A stretch of DNA of 51,998 bases from Thermoplasmata archaeon (GTDB taxonomy: Archaea; Thermoplasmatota; Thermoplasmata; Thermoplasmatales; Thermoplasmataceae). Both the position numbers and the translations under genes were made by a program. The notes under the pieces are model-generated. The model had not been told where the DNA came from and did not search any database. It worked only from the letters and a program-made list of their open reading frames with translations. The DNA lies in NCBI GenBank assembly GCA_021817735.1, contig JAKAFX010000001.1, positions 1 through 51,998 of the forward strand, in the 5' to 3' direction. Below are positions 46,328 to 51,998 of the stretch, piece after piece. How positions within the stretch are numbered: position 1 is the stretch's first letter; each line of letters starts with the position of its first letter.

Positions 46328-47329
46328 TCATGAAATAAATGGAATTTTTTCTTTGCAAAACAGGCACTTCCCATTGATTATTCCAATGTATTCAGTTTCG
46401 AATCCCTCCCTCTTTACCAGAAGATTCCCACAGTAAGGGCAATAGGTGTTCTGGTATCTGTGACCCGGGACATTTCCAAGATAGACATACTTGAAACCCA
46501 GATCTGTTGCGTGCTGCCAGTGCTTTTCAAGTGTGGCCACAGGAGTGCTTGCGATTTCCATCATCCTGTAATCCGGGTGGAATCTGAGGAAGCTTATGGG
46601 TACCTGGTCCCCTGCAATTTCAAGGATTTTTCGAAGCATATGGTCAAGTTCGTCCATGTTGTCTCCGACCCCTGGGACAACCAGATCGGTGATCTCCACA
46701 TGAATTCCTGCCCTAATCATCCTGGAGATAGTATCATAAATCGGCTCTGCAGAAGGAACCGAGATATACTTCCTGTAGAAGTCAGTTGCACCATTCCCCT
46801 TGAAATCCACGGTTGCAAAGTCAAGGAACTCCCTGCAAAGTACAACGGCTTCTGGGGTTTCGTATCCGTTCGTCACAAATATGTTAAACAACCCCTTCTC
46901 CCTGGCCAGTACACCGATGTCGTGTGCGTATTCTATGAAAATTGTTGGTTCGTTATACGTGTAAGCTAACCCCTGGGCTCCAACTTGTAGAGCCAGGTCA
47001 ACTATCTCGTCGGGCCTGACAAAATCCTCTCCAACGGTTCTATTCTGGCTGATCTGCCAGTTCTGGCAATACTGGCACGCATAGTTGCAGCCCATGGTTC
47101 CAAGTGAAAGAACCTTGGAGCCGGGGTGGGCATGCATAACAGGCTTCTTCTCAATTGGATCAAGATGAACTGCAACGGGTTGCCCATAGTTCTCGAGCAT
47201 CAATCTGCCGTTCCTGTTTGCGCGTATTCCGCAGAAGCCACGCTGATCTAATGCAAGAACGCAATACCTGCGGCACGCTGTGCATCTCACATTGTCTCCT
47301 TCGACCTGAGTATACAGCACTGCCTGCAT
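46328..47329 (-). CDS. AmmeMemoRadiSam system radical SAM enzyme
   Basis: CNYACQYCQN (CxxxCxxC), an N-terminal Cys cluster CTACRRYC...CGIR, and a C-terminal CPYCG...CLFC ribbon. Adjacent to the Memo and AMMECR1 genes. The ORF opens at GTG 47338; ATG is at 47329. Confidence 0.88.
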   Translation of the reverse strand: MQAVLYTQVEGDNVRCTACRRYCVLALDQRGFCGIRANRNGRLMLENYGQPVAVHLDPIEKKPVMHAHPGSKVLSLGTMGCNYACQYCQNWQISQNRTVGEDFVRPDEIVDLALQVGAQGLAYTYNEPTIFIEYAHDIGVLAREKGLFNIFVTNGYETPEAVVLCREFLDFATVDFKGNGATDFYRKYISVPSAEPIYDTISRMIRAGIHVEITDLVVPGVGDNMDELDHMLRKILEIAGDQVPISFLRFHPDYRMMEIASTPVATLEKHWQHATDLGFKYVYLGNVPGHRYQNTYCPYCGNLLVKREGFETEYIGIINGKCLFCKEKIPFIS

Positions 47330-47401
47330 GGATATCACCTGCAGCTATAGTAGGAATATCCTCGGCATAAGTTTTTTCCAGTTTTACTGGTTGTGTGCGA
47401 C

Positions 47402-48241
47402 TCAACTGTAAGCTAGCATTGACAGGTATCCGACCGCACTGGAATAATCTCCACTTGTTTCTGCAGAGGTTGTATGGTGAACCAACCTGGTTTTTAGTCT
47501 TCGGGCCCTTGCCAGCATCATGAAAAGTGCAATCGAACCGTAGCCGCATGCACTGACGCCACGCAATAAGAGGGTTCTGTAGAAGCTGTCAATGTCTAGG
47601 CTTTGCACTGTCTTTATTAGTTCTGTATCTTTTTCCCTCACAACGGTATCGCTCTCATAGTGGTCGAGATCAGAACTTGATATCAGCACGTACGGTTCGT
47701 TTATTTCATTCAGCGCCCTGAAGAGCATCATCATCGACTCGAGGGTCTGGGTTCCAAGTGAAAGAGGAACGAATGTGAAGTTATCACCAAACATATACTG
47801 GAGAAACGGTATCTGAACCTCAATGGAATGCTCCGAGAGATGAGCCAACTCATATTCCACAACGTTGTCTGAGTTCTTGAGGATTCCCGCTGCAACCTCA
47901 CGATTTATCTTAGCACTTCCCAGCGGCGTTTCCCAAGTTCCAGAAGACTGGATTGACACCATGTTCGTGGTCCCGTAATGATCCGGTCCTGCGATAATGA
48001 ATGTCCTTGCGTTAGTGTTCCTGAGATATCGGAAGGCCATCATTGCTGTCCTGCCGGAGTAGATATATCCGGCATGAGGAACAATCATTGCAGCAGGGCT
48101 TATCTTGTGCTCCATCTCACCATCCGGGGTGAAGTCTAGCGATCTCAGCACAGCCATTAAGTCTTCCCTGTCTCCAGGGTAGAAGGTTCCTGAGGCACAA
48201 GGCTTGCGTATCCTCTCCTTTTGCATCATGATAAATGCCAT
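47402..48241 (-). CDS. Memo-like protein (AmmeMemoRadiSam system protein B)
   Basis: ASGTFYPG, VPHAGYIYSG, GPDH, LSEHSIEVQ, SSDLDHY. Confidence 0.88.
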   Translation of the reverse strand: MAFIMMQKERIRKPCASGTFYPGDREDLMAVLRSLDFTPDGEMEHKISPAAMIVPHAGYIYSGRTAMMAFRYLRNTNARTFIIAGPDHYGTTNMVSIQSSGTWETPLGSAKINREVAAGILKNSDNVVEYELAHLSEHSIEVQIPFLQYMFGDNFTFVPLSLGTQTLESMMMLFRALNEINEPYVLISSSDLDHYESDTVVREKDTELIKTVQSLDIDSFYRTLLLRGVSACGYGSIALFMMLARARRLKTRLVHHTTSAETSGDYSSAVGYLSMLAYS

Positions 48242-48265
48242 ATAGTCAGTTTAAATTGTTGAAAG

Positions 48266-48847
48266 TTGAACCTTAATCCTTCTGCAGACGGAATATCAGA
48301 AAGGGAACTCATGTACATCGCCAGAAAGTCAATCGAGTGTTCTGTCGCAGGAAAAAGGTTCATGGTTCCAGAGGAAATCCGCAACCGGAATTCCAGACCA
48401 GCGGGAGTATTTACCACGGTAAAGAAAAACGGGCTTCTGCGTGGCTGTATAGGTTTCATCTATCCGACATACCCGGTTTGGGAAGCAGTTCAGAAATCTG
48501 CAATTCTTAGTGTAACCGAGGATCCAAGATTTCCCCCTGTCCAGTCAGGGGAGGTAGCAGAACTTGGTATAGAAATCACCGTGCTGGGCACCCTGGAACG
48601 GCTTGATCTGTTACAGGGTAGCGGACTAAAGGAAGTATCTATTGGTAAAGATGGCTTATACATTACTGATGGCATAAGATCCGGACTTCTCCTGCCTCAG
48701 GTCGCGACTGAGAACAACCTTGACGAGAGGGAGTTTATAATCGAGACCGCGTACAAGGCAGGCATAGATCCAGGCGATGTGTTTTCTGGAAATGCAGATA
48801 TCTACAGGTTTCCGGCAGTGATTATCGAAGATAATCCATTACCATAA
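48266..48847 (+). CDS. AMMECR1 domain protein (AmmeMemoRadiSam system protein A), TTG start
   Basis: ARKSIE, GVFTTVKKNGLLRGCIGFI, EDPRFPPV, GLLLPQVA. Confidence 0.88.
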   Translation: MNLNPSADGISERELMYIARKSIECSVAGKRFMVPEEIRNRNSRPAGVFTTVKKNGLLRGCIGFIYPTYPVWEAVQKSAILSVTEDPRFPPVQSGEVAELGIEITVLGTLERLDLLQGSGLKEVSIGKDGLYITDGIRSGLLLPQVATENNLDEREFIIETAYKAGIDPGDVFSGNADIYRFPAVIIEDNPLP

Positions 48848-48881
48848 AAACCAACTATCCCGTATAAAGTATTGGGAGAGA

Positions 48882-49691
48882 TCAGTCCCTGATCTCCCTC
48901 TCTGCCATTATGTATGTCAAAACCACCATCAGGGCTGCAAGAATGGCAAGGGCACCCAGCCAGAGTCCTACGCTTGACCACTGAGAAGAAGTCAGGGAGC
49001 CGTTTATAATTACCATCCTGATAGACTCTGCGGACCAGGAAACCGGGTTGTATGCCGCTATGTCACTAAGCCACGATGCCATGAAATCCTTTGGAAACAT
49101 GGCGTAGCTCACGAATAGCAGCGGAAGGTTGATCAGGTTTACAATCCCGAAGATGGTATTCATCTCCCTCATCCTTATGGCGATCACACTGAAAAGAGAT
49201 GAGAATATCAGCGCAATCAGTATAATTGCAGTAAGAATCACGAGGACATCCACCAAATTGAACCCTCCAGGGAATACCAGCCCATTGGGGATGACTGATG
49301 CTGCCAGGACAAGTATTCCAGCCTGAATGAGGATCCTGATAACCGACGAGAGGACCTTCGAGAATACGATGGAACTTCTGGCAATGGGCGAAGCGAGGAA
49401 TCTCCCCATAGGGCCGAGCCTTCGGTCAAAAATTATATTGGTTCCAGTGAACATTCCAGTAAAGAGTGCAGTTATGGTAAGCACTCCGCCTACGATGAAC
49501 GTAATGTAGTTGGGTGCCCCCTGTAGTAAAAGCGCTGGGTTAAATCCCGGGCCAGCCAGCCTAGTAATATCCATGGCGCTTCCAAAGAGTGCAATCCAGA
49601 AGAATGGCTGTATGAGTCCTGTTAACAGGAATACTGGGTTCCTGTACCACTTCTTGAGGTCGCGCATCAAGAGTGGATAAAGGCCGCTCAT
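48882..49691 (-). CDS. ABC-2 type transporter permease
   Basis: 269 aa, about 6 TM segments. ATGA overlap with the upstream ATPase gene. Confidence 0.8.
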   Translation of the reverse strand: MSGLYPLLMRDLKKWYRNPVFLLTGLIQPFFWIALFGSAMDITRLAGPGFNPALLLQGAPNYITFIVGGVLTITALFTGMFTGTNIIFDRRLGPMGRFLASPIARSSIVFSKVLSSVIRILIQAGILVLAASVIPNGLVFPGGFNLVDVLVILTAIILIALIFSSLFSVIAIRMREMNTIFGIVNLINLPLLFVSYAMFPKDFMASWLSDIAAYNPVSWSAESIRMVIINGSLTSSQWSSVGLWLGALAILAALMVVLTYIMAEREIRD

Positions 49692-50698
49692 GTTTTCCTC
49701 ACTCTCCTCATGTTCATCATAGCCTTCATCCTGTCTGATGCCCCCTCCTCCCTAAGGCTCCTGCCAGTGTACTGCAGGAAAACTTCATCCAGGGAAGGTT
49801 TCTGGACCGAAAGTGTTGAAAGTGTAATCCCGTGCTGGAACAGATAAGACAGAAGTTCAGGAAGAGTTTTGTCAGCATTCTCTACCCTAACCTTCAATAC
49901 ACCGTCCTTTGCGTCTATCTTCTCGAGCCCTCCTGGATATTCCAGGAGTTTTTCGGAGTCAGAAGCGGTCCTGAAACCGAATGTAATTATATCTCCCTTT
50001 AGGGAAGCTTTCAACTCAGCAGGAGTACCGGTAACAAGTATTTTCCCATGATCGACAATTGAAACCCTATTGGCAAGCGCATCGATCTCCTCAAGGTAGT
50101 GGCTAGTTAAAATGATGGTCATGCCGTAATCCCTCTTGAGTCCCTTAATATACTCCCACATGGTGGTCCTTGTCTGGACGTCCAGACCAAGGGTGGGTTC
50201 ATCAAGGAAAAGTACCTTTGGTTCATTGATGAGGCCGATTATAAGTTCCAGTCTCTTCCTCATCCCCCCGGAGTACTGCCGTACCTGTCTCGGTGCTGCT
50301 TCCACAAGATCTACCATCCTGAGCAGGCGTTGACTTCTTTCAAGCGCAACTGATTTTGGCACATCATAGAAACTTGCTACCAGGAGCAGATTCTCCAGTC
50401 CGCTGAGGTCTTCATCAGCAGTGAGATCCTGTGGTACAACTCCAATCATTCTCCTTATGTCCATGGAGTGCCTGATTATGTCGAAGCCGGCGACTGTTGC
50501 ATTTCCGCTTGTGGGGGAGAGCCTTGTGGTGAGCATGTTTATGGTCGTTGTCTTTCCAGCTCCGTTTGGTCCAAGAAGTCCGTATACCTCTCCTTCCTCG
50601 ATCTCCAGATTTATTGAATCTACGGCCATGACCCCGCCCTTGTAGATCTTGGTCAGATTTTCGACCTTAATTATGGGCTGCAGATCCACCCCTCCCAA
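49688..50698 (-). CDS. ABC transporter ATP-binding protein (DrrA-like); start TTG 50698 or GTG 50689
   Basis: Walker A GPNGAGKTT, signature YSGGMRKR, Walker B LFLDEPTLGLD, H-loop TSHYLEE. Confidence 0.93.
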   Translation of the reverse strand: MGGVDLQPIIKVENLTKIYKGGVMAVDSINLEIEEGEVYGLLGPNGAGKTTTINMLTTRLSPTSGNATVAGFDIIRHSMDIRRMIGVVPQDLTADEDLSGLENLLLVASFYDVPKSVALERSQRLLRMVDLVEAAPRQVRQYSGGMRKRLELIIGLINEPKVLFLDEPTLGLDVQTRTTMWEYIKGLKRDYGMTIILTSHYLEEIDALANRVSIVDHGKILVTGTPAELKASLKGDIITFGFRTASDSEKLLEYPGGLEKIDAKDGVLKVRVENADKTLPELLSYLFQHGITLSTLSVQKPSLDEVFLQYTGRSLREEGASDRMKAMMNMRRVRKT

Positions 50699-51164
50699 GG
50701 AGCCTCTCCAGTCTATCTACTATGTCAGAGACTTCCTTTTGTACTTCCCCGACTTTCTCCTTTTCATCTTCAAGAAGAGTAACGCATGCATCAAGTTCCC
50801 TTATTGTCCTCGACAGTGTGGATTCACGTTTTTCCCCTGTATCCTCAGGTGTCCTGGGAAAAAATTCAGATCTGGCTTTTTCGGTCAAGGTGTACCGCAG
50901 ATCCTGGTTCCTTGAAATCAGTCCCTCCTTCTCAAGGTTTGAGAGAAGTGGGTAGATGGTTCCAGGGCTTGGTCTCCACCAACCCATGGTCTGGGATTCT
51001 ATCTCGTTGATTATCTCCGATCCCTTCATGCCTTTTGATCTCAGCAGCCAGAGAACGTAAAACCTCATGCCTCCATAGCGTCTGAACGCTCTTGAGGGGT
51101 CATCTGACCACATTCTGTGACTTCCATAATGCCTTTCAGTCCTGCGACCAATATCGTCGAACAT
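50667..51164 (-). CDS. PadR-family transcriptional regulator
   Basis: Winged-helix core YVLWLLRSKGMKGSEIINEIE...WRPSPGTIYPLLSNLEKEGLI. Overlaps the ABC ATPase start by 23-32 nt. Confidence 0.8.
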   Translation of the reverse strand: MFDDIGRRTERHYGSHRMWSDDPSRAFRRYGGMRFYVLWLLRSKGMKGSEIINEIESQTMGWWRPSPGTIYPLLSNLEKEGLISRNQDLRYTLTEKARSEFFPRTPEDTGEKRESTLSRTIRELDACVTLLEDEKEKVGEVQKEVSDIVDRLERLLGRGGSAAHN

Positions 51165-51303
51165 ATCGAATTAGATATCGGATTCAACTATATTAATACG
51201 TACCGTTGCAAGATTAGCTACAGTACAATCATCTGTGCTAAGCAGGATCTGCCGAACTCCGAAGTTCAACTGAAATATGGGGTAATGTGTCCAGTAAACC
51301 GGG

Positions 51304-51998
51304 TTAAATCCAGCGAAACATCTTCCTGTAAAAATGGACGAGAAACTCCGGAATTCGGTCTGCGAATCTTGAATGCTTTACCAGAAACGCAAGAAGGGAA
51401 ACTCCTTGACCAAGAATTTCCGCAAATGGGGAGAATTTTGAGTCCGGATGATGGGCGTAAAGCACAGGGGCTTCAACTATTTTTGCACCCGAACGCTTAA
51501 GGTGAAAAAGGAGCGAAATATCAAAAAACGTGTTTGTGACTCCTACCTTAGCAATTGCCTTCTTGAACAAGTCTGTCCGGATTATCTTGTACCCGGATTG
51601 CGTATCTCTTACTTTCAACGCAAGAGACGCCTGAACAAGAAGGTTGAATCCACGGCTGATAAGTCGCCTGAACGTAGGAATGCTGTTGGAACTCTTGGAG
51701 TATCTTTCCGCTATAACGACGTCATACTTTGACGTCAGTTCCATCAGGGACAAAAACTGATCAGCTGTCACTGCACCATCAGCATCCATGAGAAACGTAA
51801 GCTCCTTTCCAAGCTGATCAGTGACTCTCCTGATAGCTCCTCCTTTACCTGCCCTTTCTGATGACCAGGCAAATCTTATGAAAGGATACTCTTCAGACAT
51901 ATCCTCTACAATCTTCTGTGTCCCGTCATTTCCATCTATCGAAACTATTATCTCGCAATCCAGACCTGTAATCGAGATCAGCCTGCAGAGATCTTCCA
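51304..51998 (-). CDS. GT2 glycosyltransferase, dolichyl-phosphate glucosyltransferase-like; N-terminus beyond the window
   Basis: The frame stays open upstream of the listed ATG 51900 to the window end (...CEIIVSIDGNDGTQKIVEDMSEEYP...). Motifs FLMDADGA, RRLISRGFN, VRDTQSGYK. Confidence 0.8.
   Translation of the reverse strand, partial: EDLCRLISITGLDCEIIVSIDGNDGTQKIVEDMSEEYPFIRFAWSSERAGKGGAIRRVTDQLGKELTFLMDADGAVTADQFLSLMELTSKYDVVIAERYSKSSNSIPTFRRLISRGFNLLVQASLALKVRDTQSGYKIIRTDLFKKAIAKVGVTNTFFDISLLFHLKRSGAKIVEAPVLYAHHPDSKFSPFAEILGQGVSLLAFLVKHSRFADRIPEFLVHFYRKMFRWI

Noticed and set aside
46219-46328. Treating radical SAM, Memo, AMMECR1, vWA, PP2C and kinase as one six-gene system.
   Set aside because: The hairpin and the TATA box dedicated to the vWA gene argue for separate transcription units. 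AmmeMemoRadiSam is near-universal in archaea, so adjacency may be coincidental. The idea is kept only as a testable note.
46104-46367. 87-aa ORF spanning the vWA start and the radical SAM stop.
   Set aside because: It is out of frame with both well-supported genes and covers the intergenic hairpin and TATA region. It has no motifs.
1-51998. Search for CRISPR arrays, IS elements or transposases, integrases, rRNA genes and long DNA-level direct or inverted repeats.
   Set aside because: None was recognised by eye. The only repeat structure found is protein-level modularity in the two surface proteins. A proper self-dot-plot or CRISPR finder was not run, so short or degenerate repeats could have been missed.

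Overview
This is a very compact archaeal chromosome segment with about 52 protein genes and 2 tRNAs. Many genes have 1-4 nt stop/start overlaps, two gene pairs have convergent 3' overlaps, and many starts are GTG or TTG. The thermosome, TFB, archaeal-type GluRS, GMP synthase subunit A, NOG1-like GTPase and METTL5-like methyltransferase, together with gyrBA and a thermosome sequence I recall as close to the Thermoplasma thermosome, point to a Thermoplasmatales-like euryarchaeon. That assignment is inference; no search was run. Order of content: gyrB-gyrA; two unknown ORFs; an ABC-2 exporter; DUF1059, NOG1-like GTPase and gltX; PRC-barrel protein, guaAA and tfb; a heptose-activation cluster (gmhA, SDR, hddA-like kinase) plus an ArsA-like ATPase; tRNA-Gly; gdhA, a SIS protein and citrate synthase; an orphan FtsK/HerA/TraG-type ATPase with a nuclease-like C-terminal domain; a Dol-P-sugar synthase/GtrA block; a 633-aa repeat-built surface glycoprotein; tRNA-His; a METTL5-like methyltransferase coupled to an unknown 103-aa ORF; argF, sucDC and the thermosome; a long ThyX-like gene; GT2, gmhB, a 918-aa surface protein and a degenerate GT-like gene. 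The accessory-looking end holds a gene-poor 0.4 kb stretch, then a 4-TM protein, a Ser/Thr kinase converging on a PP2C phosphatase and a TerY-type vWA protein (a TerY-P-like triad). Directly beside it is a complete AmmeMemoRadiSam triad (radical SAM, Memo, AMMECR1). The window ends with a PadR/ABC-2 efflux operon and a partial GT2 gene. I saw no CRISPR array, transposase, integrase or rRNA. The best candidate for an undescribed system is the vWA-PP2C-kinase module (42.6-46.2 kb). The ATPase-nuclease fusion (20.5-22.5 kb) is second. All domain calls come from motif reading by eye, not from searches.
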